Source: Alphaproteobacteria bacterium (GTDB lineage Bacteria; Pseudomonadota; Alphaproteobacteria; Elsterales; Elsteraceae). From it: a stretch of 64,000 nucleotides of DNA. How positions within the stretch are numbered: position 1 is the stretch's first letter; each line of letters starts with the position of its first letter. The notes under the pieces are model-generated. The model ran no database searches and was not told the origin of the DNA. It saw only the letters and a list, made by a program, of their open reading frames with translations. The stretch spans positions 533-64,532 of the forward strand of contig JAYSQZ010000036.1 of assembly GCA_043721315.1 (NCBI GenBank), in the 5' to 3' direction. Positions 11,957 to 21,850 of this stretch are shown one piece after another. A program made the position numbers and the translations under genes.

Positions 11957-12099
11957 TTTTGCGGGTCAACCGGCCTGCCCGTATCCGGGAGTAATCCGGT
12001 GCGGCGGGCCTGTTCTCGTTGTCGGGCGTCTGCGACTGGGGTAATAACGCTCCATCGTTGGCATTGGTTGGCGTGATAGCACACAAGGGAAATCGTCCC

Positions 12100-13116
12100 G
12101 TGATCCAGAAAAATTGGCAGGGCTTGATTAAGCCGAACAAGCTGAGCGTCGAGGCTGGCGACGATCCGGCGCGCGTTGCGACGGCAGTTGCCGACCCGCT
12201 GGAGCGCGGCCTGGGGTTGACGCTGGGGAACGCGCTGCGGCGCATTCTGCTGTCGTCGCTGCAAGGCGCGGCGGTAACGTCTATTCATATCGACGGCGTG
12301 CTGCACGAGTTTTCGTCGGTGCCGGGCGTGCGCGAAGACGTGACGGACATTGTTCTGAACGTGAAGGCGCTGGCGCTGCGGATGCACTCGGAAGAGGGCA
12401 AGCGCGTGCGGTTGCGGGCTACCGGCCCTTGCGCTGTTACGGCAGGTATGATCGAAACCGGCGCAGATATTGAAGTGATGAACCCTGATCTGGTGATTTG
12501 TCACCTGGATGCGGGCGCAAAGCTGTCGATGGAAATGTCGGTCAGTCGCGGTAAGGGCTACGTGCCTGCGTCGTTGAACCGTCCAGAAGATGCGCCGATT
12601 GGTCTTATTCCGGTCGATGCCTTGTTCTCTCCGGTCCGCAAAGTCAGCTACAAGGTGGAAAACACCCGCGTTGGCCAGCAGACCGATTACGACAAGCTGT
12701 CGATGCGGATTGAAACCAATGGCGCGGTAACGCCGGAAGATGCGGTTGCGCTGGCAGCCCGTATTCTTCAGGATCAGCTTGCGCTGTTCATCAATTTTGA
12801 AGAGCCGCAGGCCCCTGCCGAGGAAGATCGTGCCAACGATCTGCCGTTCAACAAGAATTTGCTGCGTAAGGTGGACGAGCTGGAACTTTCGGTTCGTTCG
12901 GCCAACTGCCTCAAGAACGACAATATCGTTTATATTGGCGATCTTGTGCAGAAGACCGAAGCAGAAATGCTGCGTACGCCGAATTTTGGCCGGAAGTCGT
13001 TGAACGAAATCAAGGAAGTGCTGGCACAGATGGGCCTGCATCTTGGTCTCGAAATCCCCGGCTGGCCGCCGGAAAATATCGAAGAACTGGCAAAACGGCT
13101 CGAAGAGCCTTATTGA
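12100..13116 (+). CDS. rpoA: DNA-directed RNA polymerase subunit alpha
   Basis: [44 protein letters not shown]; GTG start 12100. Confidence 0.98.
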   Translation: MIQKNWQGLIKPNKLSVEAGDDPARVATAVADPLERGLGLTLGNALRRILLSSLQGAAVTSIHIDGVLHEFSSVPGVREDVTDIVLNVKALALRMHSEEGKRVRLRATGPCAVTAGMIETGADIEVMNPDLVICHLDAGAKLSMEMSVSRGKGYVPASLNRPEDAPIGLIPVDALFSPVRKVSYKVENTRVGQQTDYDKLSMRIETNGAVTPEDAVALAARILQDQLALFINFEEPQAPAEEDRANDLPFNKNLLRKVDELELSVRSANCLKNDNIVYIGDLVQKTEAEMLRTPNFGRKSLNEIKEVLAQMGLHLGLEIPGWPPENIEELAKRLEEPY

Positions 13117-13204
13117 TCAGTTATCCCAGGTTAACGGAAACCCCTGTCGCGCGGCGCTGGTGATCAGCCCCCCGCCGGTAGGTCCGCTGAAAAGGTAGAG
13201 AAAA

Positions 13205-13618
13205 ATGCGTCACGGTATGAGCGGTCGGAAACTGAACCGCACCAGCAGCCACCGCAAGGCCATGTTCGCGAATATGGCTGTGGCTCTGATTAAGCACGAG
13301 CAGATCACCACGACCTTGCCGAAGGCAAAGGATCTGCGCCCGATCGTCGAAAAGCTGATCACGCTCGGCAAGCGCGGCGATCTGCACGCGCGCCGTCAGG
13401 CACTCGCAGTGCTGCAAGATGAAGTCGTGACGCGCAAGCTGTTCGATGCCATTGCCAAACGCTACGATGCCCGTGCTGGTGGCTACACCCGCGTGTTGAA
13501 GGCCGGCTTCCGCTACGGCGATGCCGCTCCGATGGCCGTGATCGAACTGGTTGACCGCGATAAGGCCGCTAAGGGCCTCGATTCGGGTCAGATCTATGAC
13601 GAAGAAGCTGCGGCGTAA
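13205..13618 (+). CDS. rplQ: 50S ribosomal protein L17
   Basis: MRHG...[20 protein letters not shown]. Confidence 0.99.
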   Translation: MRHGMSGRKLNRTSSHRKAMFANMAVALIKHEQITTTLPKAKDLRPIVEKLITLGKRGDLHARRQALAVLQDEVVTRKLFDAIAKRYDARAGGYTRVLKAGFRYGDAAPMAVIELVDRDKAAKGLDSGQIYDEEAAA

Positions 13619-13646
13619 GCCTGCAACTTTCTGCGATGCGCGTATC

Positions 13647-13680
13647 AAAGGCGGCTCCTGCGGGGGGCCGCCTTTTCTTA
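13647..13680 (+). terminator. Rho-independent terminator after rplQ
   Basis: AAAGGCGGCTCC-TGCG-GGGGCCGCCTTT followed by T-rich sequence. Confidence 0.8.
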
Positions 13681-13736
13681 TTACAGAGTTTTCTGGGTCG
13701 GCAGTTTCGCAGAGAGAGGGACGCAGGGTGGTAAAA

Positions 13737-15149
13737 ATGCTGAACCTACTCGCAATAATCGTAAGCGCGCTGCTGGCGATCCCGGCGGTCGCGCAAACCC
13801 CCCAACGCATCGTGCCGCAAAGCCGGGAGCAGGTCAGCCTGTCGTTCGCGCCAGTGGTGCGCCAAGCAGCGCCTGCCGTGGTGAATATCTACACGAAGAA
13901 GCGCGTGCGGGAGCAGGCGGCGCTATCGCCGTTGCTGAACGATCCGTTCTTCCGCCAATTCTTCGGCGATCGGCTGCCGGTTGGCCCCAGTCGGGAGCGG
14001 GTGCAGAACTCGCTTGGGTCCGGTGTAATCTTGCGGGCCGATGGATTGGTGGTGACGAATTTTCACGTCATCAAAGACGCCGATGAAATCAGTGTGGTTC
14101 TGGCGGATCGGCGAGAGTTCGACGCCAAGCTGGTGCGCTCCGACGAGCGGGTTGATCTCGCGGTATTGAAGATTGATGCGGGCAAGGAGGTGCTGCCAAC
14201 CCTGCAACTGCTCGATAGCGACCAAGTGCAGGTGGGGGATTTAGTGCTGGCTATCGGCAACCCCTTCGGTGTTGGGCAGACGGTAACGCAGGGCATTGTT
14301 TCGGCACTCGCGCGCACCAATACGGGGATTACGGACTATAATTTCTTCATTCAGACCGATGCCGCCATCAACCCCGGCAACTCCGGCGGCGCGCTGGTAA
14401 CGATGGACGGGCGACTGGCGGGCATCAATACCGCCATTTACTCGCGCTCGGGCGGCTCGATTGGCATTGGCTTTGCCATTCCGGCGAATATGGTGCGAAC
14501 TGTATTGTCGGACGATGCGGCGCGCAACGGCAAGATCGTGCGCGCATGGTTCGGCGGCTCGGGCCAACCGGTAACGCAGGATGTGGCCGCAAGCCTCGGC
14601 CTCACCCGGCCTTCGGGCGTGCTGATCGCGGACGTTCACCCAGACAGTCCTGCGGCCCAGGCCGGCATTCGCGCGGGCGACGTGATTACCGCGTTCAATG
14701 GTAATGACGTGCCAGACCCGGAAGCCCTGCGCTTTCGCATCGCCACCCAACCAATTGGCGAAACGGCAACCTTCACGCTGCTGCGCCGAGGGCAGACGCT
14801 GACCACGACCGCAAAGCTAATCGCCCCGCCGGAAACCCCGAAGCGCGAGATCACGCCCTTGAAAGGCCCGCAGCCGTTGGCGGGGGCGACGATTGCCAAC
14901 CTCTCCCCGGCCTTGGTGGAAGAGCTTGGTATCTCCGGCCCGTCGCGCGGGGTGATCGTGGTGGACGTGGCACAAGGCAGTTCCGCCCGGCGGGTCGGCT
15001 TCCAGCCCGGCGATGTTCTGCAACAGGTGAATAGCACGCCGATTGCCAGTGTTGGCGATGCCGTGGCAGCGCTGGGGCGCGGGCAATCTTGGCGCATCAC
15101 CATCAAGCGCGGCGATGAGGTGTTGACGGACACCTTCGGGAAGAAATAG
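13737..15149 (+). CDS. degP: Do/DegQ family periplasmic serine endoprotease with two PDZ domains
   Basis: Signal peptide; TNFHV (His), DLAVLKI (Asp), INPGNSGG (Ser); two PDZ-like regions. Confidence 0.93.
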   Translation: MLNLLAIIVSALLAIPAVAQTPQRIVPQSREQVSLSFAPVVRQAAPAVVNIYTKKRVREQAALSPLLNDPFFRQFFGDRLPVGPSRERVQNSLGSGVILRADGLVVTNFHVIKDADEISVVLADRREFDAKLVRSDERVDLAVLKIDAGKEVLPTLQLLDSDQVQVGDLVLAIGNPFGVGQTVTQGIVSALARTNTGITDYNFFIQTDAAINPGNSGGALVTMDGRLAGINTAIYSRSGGSIGIGFAIPANMVRTVLSDDAARNGKIVRAWFGGSGQPVTQDVAASLGLTRPSGVLIADVHPDSPAAQAGIRAGDVITAFNGNDVPDPEALRFRIATQPIGETATFTLLRRGQTLTTTAKLIAPPETPKREITPLKGPQPLAGATIANLSPALVEELGISGPSRGVIVVDVAQGSSARRVGFQPGDVLQQVNSTPIASVGDAVAALGRGQSWRITIKRGDEVLTDTFGKK

Positions 15150-15153
15150 TGCC

Positions 15154-16458
15154 GTGACCGATCTCTTCCCCCCGGTGTTGGCCGATACGCAACCGTTGGC
15201 TGACCGCTTGCGCCCGGCGACTTTGGCGGAGGTGGTGGGGCAGGAGCATCTCTTAGGGTCATCCGGCCCTATCGGGCGGATGTTGGCGGCCAAACGCTTA
15301 GGCTCGATGATCCTGTGGGGGCCACCCGGCTGCGGTAAGACCACGCTGGCACGGTTGCTCGCGGCAGAAGCGGGGCTGAAGTTCGAGCCGCTATCGGCGG
15401 TCATGTCCGGCATCGCCGAGTTGCGGAAACTGTTCGAGGCGGCGGGCAAGCGCCGGGCGAACGGCCAGGGGACGCTGCTGTTCATCGACGAAATCCACCG
15501 CTTCAACCGCGCGCAGCAGGATGGGTTTTTGCCGGTGGTGGAGGATGGCACGGTTATTCTGGTGGGGGCTACCACTGAAAACCCGTCGTTCTCCTTGAAC
15601 GCCGCCGTCCTGTCGCGGGCGCAGGTGTTCGTATTGAAGCGCCTGGAGGAAAAGGGCCTCGCGGTGTTGCTGGCGCGGGCGGAAGCCGTAACCGGGCATC
15701 CCCTGCCGCTCACCCCAGAAGCGCGGGAGTTGCTGCTGACCCTGGCCGATGGCGACGGGCGCTATTTGCTTAACCTTGCCGAAGCTCTCTTCGCGCTGAA
15801 AGACCTTGCGCCGCTCGACCAGGCAGGGCTACTCGCCTCGGTGCAAAAGCGCGCACCGCTCTACGATAAAGACCGGGAGGAGCATTATAACCTCATCTCG
15901 GCGCTGCATAAGTCTTTGCGCGGCTCGGATGTGGATGCGGCGCTGTATTGGTTTCAGCGGATGCTGCTGGGCGGGGAAGACCCGCATTTCATCGCGCGCC
16001 GCCTCACGCGCTTTGCCGCAGAAGATATTGGCATGGCCGACCCGAACGCACTGCCGCAGGCGATTGCCGCGTGGGAGGCTTACGATAAGTTAGGCTCGCC
16101 GGAAGGGGAGTTAGCGCTGGCGCAGGCCGTTGTGTATCTCGCGACCGCCCCCAAGTCGAACGCCACCTACCGCGCCTTCAAAAACGCCGCGAAAGCCGCG
16201 CGTGACACCGGTTCGATGATGCCGCCCAAGCATATTCTGAACGCCCCGACGCGGTTGATGAAGGACATCGGCTATGGCGCGGGCTATGCTTACGATCACG
16301 ATACGGCGGACGGTTTTTCCGGCCAGAATTACTTCCCCGAAAACCTGCCGCGCACCCGTTTCTACGATCCACCCGAACGCGGCTTCGAGCGCGAGATTCG
16401 GAAACGGCTGGAGTATTGGGACAAGCTGAGAGTGAAACGCCAGGAGGGCGGCGAATGA
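15154..16458 (+). CDS. rarA: Replication-associated recombination protein A (AAA+ ATPase)
   Basis: Walker A GPPGCGKTT, FIDEIHRFNRAQQD, ISALHKSLRGSD. Confidence 0.96.
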   Translation: MTDLFPPVLADTQPLADRLRPATLAEVVGQEHLLGSSGPIGRMLAAKRLGSMILWGPPGCGKTTLARLLAAEAGLKFEPLSAVMSGIAELRKLFEAAGKRRANGQGTLLFIDEIHRFNRAQQDGFLPVVEDGTVILVGATTENPSFSLNAAVLSRAQVFVLKRLEEKGLAVLLARAEAVTGHPLPLTPEARELLLTLADGDGRYLLNLAEALFALKDLAPLDQAGLLASVQKRAPLYDKDREEHYNLISALHKSLRGSDVDAALYWFQRMLLGGEDPHFIARRLTRFAAEDIGMADPNALPQAIAAWEAYDKLGSPEGELALAQAVVYLATAPKSNATYRAFKNAAKAARDTGSMMPPKHILNAPTRLMKDIGYGAGYAYDHDTADGFSGQNYFPENLPRTRFYDPPERGFEREIRKRLEYWDKLRVKRQEGGE

Positions 16459-16835
16459 AATCGGTTCTGCTGGTGGCGCTTGGCGGTGGATTAGGGTCGG
16501 CAGCGCGGTATTTGGTCGTGCTCGGGGTTGGGCGTTGGTTGGGGACTGGGTTTCCTTGGGGCACGCTCGCGGTTAATTTGCTGGGGTGTTTTCTGATGGG
16601 GTTGCTCACAGCGCTGTTCGCCGGGCCGCTGTCGGTCTCAAGCGATACGCGGCTGTTTTTCGCCACGGGTATCCTCGGCGGGTTCACCACTTTTTCGGCG
16701 TTTGGGCTGGATGCGTCGGGCTTGATCGACCGGGGGGATACTGGGGCTGCGTTGATGTATCTGGCGGGATCGGTTGCCTTGGGGTATGCCGGGGTGAGGG
16801 CAGGGGCCGCCGTTATCAGGCTTTGGACTTTATAA
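16455..16835 (+). CDS. crcB: Fluoride efflux channel CrcB/Fluc
   Basis: GGGLGSAARY, FPWGTLAVN, GILGGFTTFS; ATGA overlap with rarA. Confidence 0.96.
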   Translation: MKSVLLVALGGGLGSAARYLVVLGVGRWLGTGFPWGTLAVNLLGCFLMGLLTALFAGPLSVSSDTRLFFATGILGGFTTFSAFGLDASGLIDRGDTGAALMYLAGSVALGYAGVRAGAAVIRLWTL

Positions 16836-16840
16836 TAGAC

Positions 16841-16884
16841 GCAAATGCGTCGTCGCAGACGCTGTCGTCTGCTCGGGATTTGCT
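16841..16884. repeat. 44-bp structured repeat; the other copy is at 9002-9045
   Basis: 36/44 identical to 9002-9045 by eye; nested stems preserved. Confidence 0.8.
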
Positions 16885-16898
16885 GGAGGAGAAGAGTA

Positions 16899-17849
16899 AT
16901 GTCGGTCGAGCAACGCACCGTCAGCCAGGATGAGGCGGATATTCGCATCGACCGCTGGTTCAAGCGCCACTACCCGGAACTGCCGTTCGGGCGATTAGCT
17001 AAGCTGATGCGGACGGGGCAAATCCGCCTCGATGGCAAGCGCGTCGAAGGCTCGGAACGGGTGGAGCCGGGCCAGACCATCCGCGTTCCCCCCTTGGGCG
17101 ATCTTGATAGCCCGCCGCCGCCGCGCCCCATTGATCCGCACGTCGCGAAAGACTTGCAACAAATGGTGCTGCATCGGGATGAGGACGTGATCGTTCTCAA
17201 CAAACCGACGGGGCTTGCGGTTCAGGGCGGGACGGGTACGACGCGGCACCTGGATGGGATGCTGGACGCGCTGAAGTTCGAGTTGAACGAACGCCCGCGC
17301 CTCGTGCATCGGCTGGATAAGGACACGTCCGGCATTATCGTGCTGGCGCGCAACGCGCTGGCGGCCAGCAAGCTGGCGGCAGCGTTCAAAGATCGTGAGA
17401 CCGAGAAGATTTATTGGGCCGTCACTGCCCGCGTGCCCGTGCCCGATGAAGGCACGATTGATCTGCGTCTCGCCAAAAAGGGCAGCCCGCAGGGGGAGCG
17501 TGTGGCGATTGATGGCGAAGAGGGTCAAAAGGCCGTGACCGACTATGAGGTGATTGATTTCGCCTCCTCCCGCGCGGCCCTGGTGCGCCTGAAGCCGATT
17601 ACTGGCCGCACCCATCAGTTGCGCGTTCACTGCGCGGCCATCGGTGCCCCTATCTTAGGCGATGCCAAATATGGCGGGGCGGAGGCGATTATTCACGGTG
17701 TCGAATATATGCGCTCGCTACATCTGCACGCCCGGCGGCTGAAAGTACCGCACCCGCGCGGCGGTTTTCTGGAAGTCACCGCCCCATTGCCGCCGCATAT
17801 GAAGGCTACCTTCGCCTACTTCGGCTTTACGGCCCCGAAGGGAGCCTAA
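16899..17849 (+). CDS. RluA family (RluC-like) pseudouridine synthase with S4 domain
   Basis: RIDRW S4 region, HRLDKDTSG catalytic motif, GRTHQLRVH. Confidence 0.93.
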   Translation: MSVEQRTVSQDEADIRIDRWFKRHYPELPFGRLAKLMRTGQIRLDGKRVEGSERVEPGQTIRVPPLGDLDSPPPPRPIDPHVAKDLQQMVLHRDEDVIVLNKPTGLAVQGGTGTTRHLDGMLDALKFELNERPRLVHRLDKDTSGIIVLARNALAASKLAAAFKDRETEKIYWAVTARVPVPDEGTIDLRLAKKGSPQGERVAIDGEEGQKAVTDYEVIDFASSRAALVRLKPITGRTHQLRVHCAAIGAPILGDAKYGGAEAIIHGVEYMRSLHLHARRLKVPHPRGGFLEVTAPLPPHMKATFAYFGFTAPKGA

Positions 17850-17853
17850 GGGC

Positions 17854-18519
17854 ATGGCGGTGGTTGATCTGATCCTGTTCGATGTCGATGGCACGCTGGT
17901 CGATAGCCAGCACACGATTGTTGCGTGTATGGAAGCGGCTTTCGCCCATCACGCGCTGGCGATCCCGGACGCGGCGGCCATTCGTCACACGGTTGGCCTG
18001 TCGCTCGTCGATGGTGTGGCGCAGCTCTTGGAAACGGCGGGGGCGGACCTCGACCCCTACCCGATTGCCGAGAGCTACAAGGATATTTACCTAGCGCGCC
18101 GCACAACCAATCCCGCCCCGCCGCACGACCCGCTCTATCCCGGCACGAAGGCGCTGCTGGATGGGCTGCTTCAGCAGAATCGGCTGATGGGGGTGGCGAC
18201 GGGAAAAAGCACGCGCGGGGTGAATAGCTTCATCGAAACCCACGGCCTCCATCGGCATTTCGTCACCCATCAAACCGTCGATACCGCCCCCGGCAAGCCC
18301 GACCCCACGATGATCCGCCAAGCGGCTGCCGACGCGGGAACGGTTCCGGGGCGGGTGCTGATGATCGGCGACACGGTGTATGATATGCAAATGGCACGGG
18401 CGGCGGGCGCGCTCGCGCTCGGGGTTGCCTGGGGCTACCATCTGCGACACGCGCTGATTGCCGAAGGGGCGCAGGCTATTCTAAATTCCTGGGACGATCT
18501 CGCCCCCTATCTGACTTAA
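17854..18519 (+). CDS. HAD-IA family hydrolase (phosphoglycolate phosphatase-like)
   Basis: FDVDGTLVDS, GKPDP, MIGDTVYD. Confidence 0.9.
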   Translation: MAVVDLILFDVDGTLVDSQHTIVACMEAAFAHHALAIPDAAAIRHTVGLSLVDGVAQLLETAGADLDPYPIAESYKDIYLARRTTNPAPPHDPLYPGTKALLDGLLQQNRLMGVATGKSTRGVNSFIETHGLHRHFVTHQTVDTAPGKPDPTMIRQAAADAGTVPGRVLMIGDTVYDMQMARAAGALALGVAWGYHLRHALIAEGAQAILNSWDDLAPYLT

Positions 18520-18535
18520 CCGACCGGAGACGGCC

Positions 18536-20983
18536 ATGATGGACGAACGCCCCGTACTGAGCGGTCCCGCCCCCAAAGAACCAAGCGCGCCAATCCCGCC
18601 CGGTTCCCCGAAACCACCACGCGCCCCGCGTTCCTGGCTGAAAACCGGATTGCTCATTGCGGGCGGCGGCATTGTGCTGGCGGGGGGCGGTATTGGCGCG
18701 CTGTTGTTTCTGGTCGATCCCAACGATCACCGCGACCGGATTGCGGCGGAACTGCAAGCGGCGACGGGCCGGGCCGTAACCCTGGCCGGGCCGATTACTC
18801 TCACGCGCTCGCTCTCGCCGGCGCTGGTGGTGGAAGGCGTAACCCTCGCCAATATGCCCGGCGGCTCCCGCCCGCAAATGGCGACGATTGGGCGGCTGGA
18901 AGTGCAAGTGGCCCTGGTGCCGCTGATTACGGGCGGGCGGCTTCAGGTTGAAAAACTCGCCCTTAGCAAGGCCGATATTCTGCTAGAGACCGATGCTAAG
19001 GGTCAGGGCAACTGGGTGTTCAGCCCTGAACCCTCCCCCTCGGCCCCGCAAGGCACAGCAGCGCCTGGGGTGGCGAAAAGCGGTAGCGGGGCAGGGAACC
19101 TGCCGATCTTGAAGGAAGTGCTGGTCAGCGACAGCCGCCTTGTTTACCGCAGCGGCAAGGTGCAACAGCGGCTCGATTTGAACCGCCTCAGCTTCGCGCT
19201 GCCCGACGGCGGCAAGCCCGTGCCGGTGGCAATCAAGGCGGCGCTAAACGATGCGCCCTTCGACTTAGCCGGGGAAATCGGCGCGCTCGCCAGCCTCGTT
19301 GCCGCTGAAGGGGCCTATCCGGTTAAGCTGAAGGGCCAAGTGGCGGGGCTTGATCTGGAGGCGGCGGGAACGCTCGGCCTGGGCAAACAGCAGGGCCAAG
19401 CGGAGGGGAGCTTTACCCTGTCGGGCGAAAACCTGACCGTGCTTAAAAAAGCCGCGACCGGCTTCGGCGTTGCGTCGGCAGCGTGGCCGGATAAGCTGCC
19501 GAAGTTCACGCTCGCCAGCCAAGCCGCGCTCGCGGGCGATAAACTCACTCTCACCCGCGCGGTGCTGACCACGGGCAAGACGGAGGCGACGGCAACCGGG
19601 ACGGTGCAACTGGCTGGGCCGAGCTTCGGGTTGACGATTACCGCGCGCGCGCCTGACCTTAAAGCGCATCTTATGGCGCTCGGGCGTCTCGAAACCGCGT
19701 TTGTGCCCGACTCAGGGGCCTCGCTAACGGCAAAGCTCACGGGAACGGCCACCGCGCCGCAACTCTCCGATCTGGTGCTGGATTGGGGCACGACCCGCGT
19801 GACCGGGCGCGTCGGTGTCGATACCGCTGCAAAACTACCGCGCCTTACAGCGGATCTTGCCAGCCCTGAGGTCGATCTTACGCCTTTCTTCGGCAAAGCC
19901 GCCCCTACCCCGGTAGCGCCAAGCGGCGGCAGCCCGGCCCCGGCCAACGCAGGTAGGGCCGACGACCGCGTGATCCCGGATACGCCTATCGACCTTGCCG
20001 CACTCACGCAGGCTCCTGTAGAAGGCGACGTGAAACTGGCGGTAGGGCGATTGAAGTTCGGGCGCGGCGAGGTGAAGGACGCGAGCCTAGCCGTGACGCT
20101 GCGGAACCAGCAACTCACTCTGCGCCCGCTGCGCTTCACTGCCGCCGAGGGCAAAATGGCGCTGGATGCGGTGATTGAGCCGCGCGGCAAACTCTGGCTG
20201 ACCGGGGAGGCGGCAGGGGTTGATACCGCGCAACTCTCGGCCTTGCTGGGGGAAGAGCCGGTGCTGAAGGCGAAAGCCGATCTTGGTTTTAAGGTTTCGG
20301 CGGAAGGTAAAACCCTGCGGGCGCTCGCGGCTAACTTCGACGGGCTGGTGAGTTTCGCCACGGGGCCGGGGCAAGTGATAGGGTCGGCAGCAGACACGCT
20401 CTCCAGCAAATATCTTGCCTTCCTAGCGCTGAAACCCGCCGATGTGACGAACCTTACTTGCACGATTGTTCGCACGCAGTTTGCGCGCGGGCAAGGCACG
20501 GTGCAGCAACTGGCCGTCGATACCCCCGGTCTTACGATGCGTGGCGGCGGCGGCTTATCGCTCGCGAGTGAAACCCTGGACCTTAGCGTCGATCCGCAGC
20601 TTGCCCCCGGCAATCCGGCGCAATTAGCGTTAGTGCCGTTCCACGTGCGCGGCAGCTTTGCCAAACCTTCCGTAACGCCTGATGCGGCTGGAACGGCACG
20701 TTCGGCGGTGGGCATGGCGCAGGCTTTGGGCGTTGGCGGGCAGAAGACGCAAGGGGCGCTCGGCATCGTCGGGGCGCTGCTGGGCCAACAAAGCGCAACG
20801 CCTGCGGCTCCCACCGGGCAACCCGGCACGCCCTGCGGTCAGCGCGTCGTCAGCACGGCGCAGCCCCTCACCAATAACCCGGCCCAACCGGGGCAGATAA
20901 ATCCCGCGACCAAACCCGCCGCCAATGATCCCGCAGGCGCGATCAAGGGCCTCTTCAAGGGTTTGCTCGGTGGTTCCAATTAA
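18536..20983 (+). CDS. AsmA family protein
   Basis: N-terminal TM followed by DPNDHRDRIAAELQAATGRAV (AsmA N-terminus), long beta-rich body, AsmA-like C-terminus. Confidence 0.85.
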   Translation: MMDERPVLSGPAPKEPSAPIPPGSPKPPRAPRSWLKTGLLIAGGGIVLAGGGIGALLFLVDPNDHRDRIAAELQAATGRAVTLAGPITLTRSLSPALVVEGVTLANMPGGSRPQMATIGRLEVQVALVPLITGGRLQVEKLALSKADILLETDAKGQGNWVFSPEPSPSAPQGTAAPGVAKSGSGAGNLPILKEVLVSDSRLVYRSGKVQQRLDLNRLSFALPDGGKPVPVAIKAALNDAPFDLAGEIGALASLVAAEGAYPVKLKGQVAGLDLEAAGTLGLGKQQGQAEGSFTLSGENLTVLKKAATGFGVASAAWPDKLPKFTLASQAALAGDKLTLTRAVLTTGKTEATATGTVQLAGPSFGLTITARAPDLKAHLMALGRLETAFVPDSGASLTAKLTGTATAPQLSDLVLDWGTTRVTGRVGVDTAAKLPRLTADLASPEVDLTPFFGKAAPTPVAPSGGSPAPANAGRADDRVIPDTPIDLAALTQAPVEGDVKLAVGRLKFGRGEVKDASLAVTLRNQQLTLRPLRFTAAEGKMALDAVIEPRGKLWLTGEAAGVDTAQLSALLGEEPVLKAKADLGFKVSAEGKTLRALAANFDGLVSFATGPGQVIGSAADTLSSKYLAFLALKPADVTNLTCTIVRTQFARGQGTVQQLAVDTPGLTMRGGGGLSLASETLDLSVDPQLAPGNPAQLALVPFHVRGSFAKPSVTPDAAGTARSAVGMAQALGVGGQKTQGALGIVGALLGQQSATPAAPTGQPGTPCGQRVVSTAQPLTNNPAQPGQINPATKPAANDPAGAIKGLFKGLLGGSN

Positions 20984-20992
20984 TGAGACAGC

Positions 20993-21688
20993 ATGAAGCG
21001 GTTTTATAGCTACGCGGCGGCAGCGCCGGTCGAAGGCGGTTTTGGCGTCACGCTCGATGGCAAGCCGGTACGAACCCCGGCAGGGGCGATTCTCACCGCA
21101 GCAACGCGCGCCCTGGCCGAAGCGCTGGCGGCGGAATGGGCCGAGCAAACCGGGCAGGTGCGCCCGCTGGCCATGCCGCTCAACCGCCTCGCGCTCACGC
21201 AGCAAGACCGGGTTGCGCCGCGCCGGGAGGCCGTTATCACCGAAGCCCTGGCCTATGTGGAAAGCGACCTGCTGTGTTACCGCACGGGCGACGATGCCAC
21301 GCTCGCAGCCCGGCAGATCGACGCCTGGAACCCGCTGCTGGGTTGGTTCAGCGCGGCCTACGGCGTCACCTTGGCGGTCACAGATGGGTTGATGCCCGTG
21401 GCGCAGGATACGGCGGCCCTCGCGCCGCTGCGGTTGCGGCTGGAGGGGTTTACCGACGCAGAGGTTACGGCGTTTGCGCTTCTTGCCCCGGTGGCGGGTT
21501 CCTTCGTGCTGGCACTGGCGCTGCTGGACGGGCGATTGAGCGCTGACGCGACCTACCATCTCAGCCAACTCGATGAGAGCTACCAGATCGAAAAATGGGG
21601 CGAGGACGAAGAAGCTGCCGAGCGCCGGGCGGCCCTGGCGCTGGAGTTTCAAGATATAGCGCGGTTCTTGGCGCTCAACCGCGCGTGA
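20993..21688 (+). CDS. ATP12 family F1-ATPase assembly chaperone
   Basis: KRFY...LDGKPVRTP, AEW, DESYQIEKWGED. Confidence 0.92.
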   Translation: MKRFYSYAAAAPVEGGFGVTLDGKPVRTPAGAILTAATRALAEALAAEWAEQTGQVRPLAMPLNRLALTQQDRVAPRREAVITEALAYVESDLLCYRTGDDATLAARQIDAWNPLLGWFSAAYGVTLAVTDGLMPVAQDTAALAPLRLRLEGFTDAEVTAFALLAPVAGSFVLALALLDGRLSADATYHLSQLDESYQIEKWGEDEEAAERRAALALEFQDIARFLALNRA

Positions 21689-21709
21689 AGTCCGCGCGCG
21701 GGATTAGCT

Positions 21710-21850
21710 CTATAGCATCGTGCGTTAAATTAGACGCACGATGCTATAGGTTATTTTTTAGCCCTCGCCGGGCGGGCGCATCCGCGCCCTTGGCCGCAGC
21801 CTCAATGGCTGCTTTTAGAGCTGCGTCCGATTAATCGCACGCAGCTCTAA
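21710..21850. repeat. ~140-bp multi-hairpin intergenic repeat, copy 1
   Basis: 16-bp stem CTATAGCATCGTGCGT/ACGCACGATGCTATAG, two central GC hairpins, 12-bp stem TTAGAGCTGCGT/ACGCAGCTCTAA; about 92% identical to 23090-23228. Confidence 0.92.

Noticed and set aside
10420-12100. Absence of rpmJ, infA, map and rpsD from the spc/alpha region
   Set aside because: This is the normal alphaproteobacterial arrangement.
16400-16460. Fluoride riboswitch upstream of crcB
   Set aside because: crcB overlaps the rarA stop, so there is no leader and no motif is visible.
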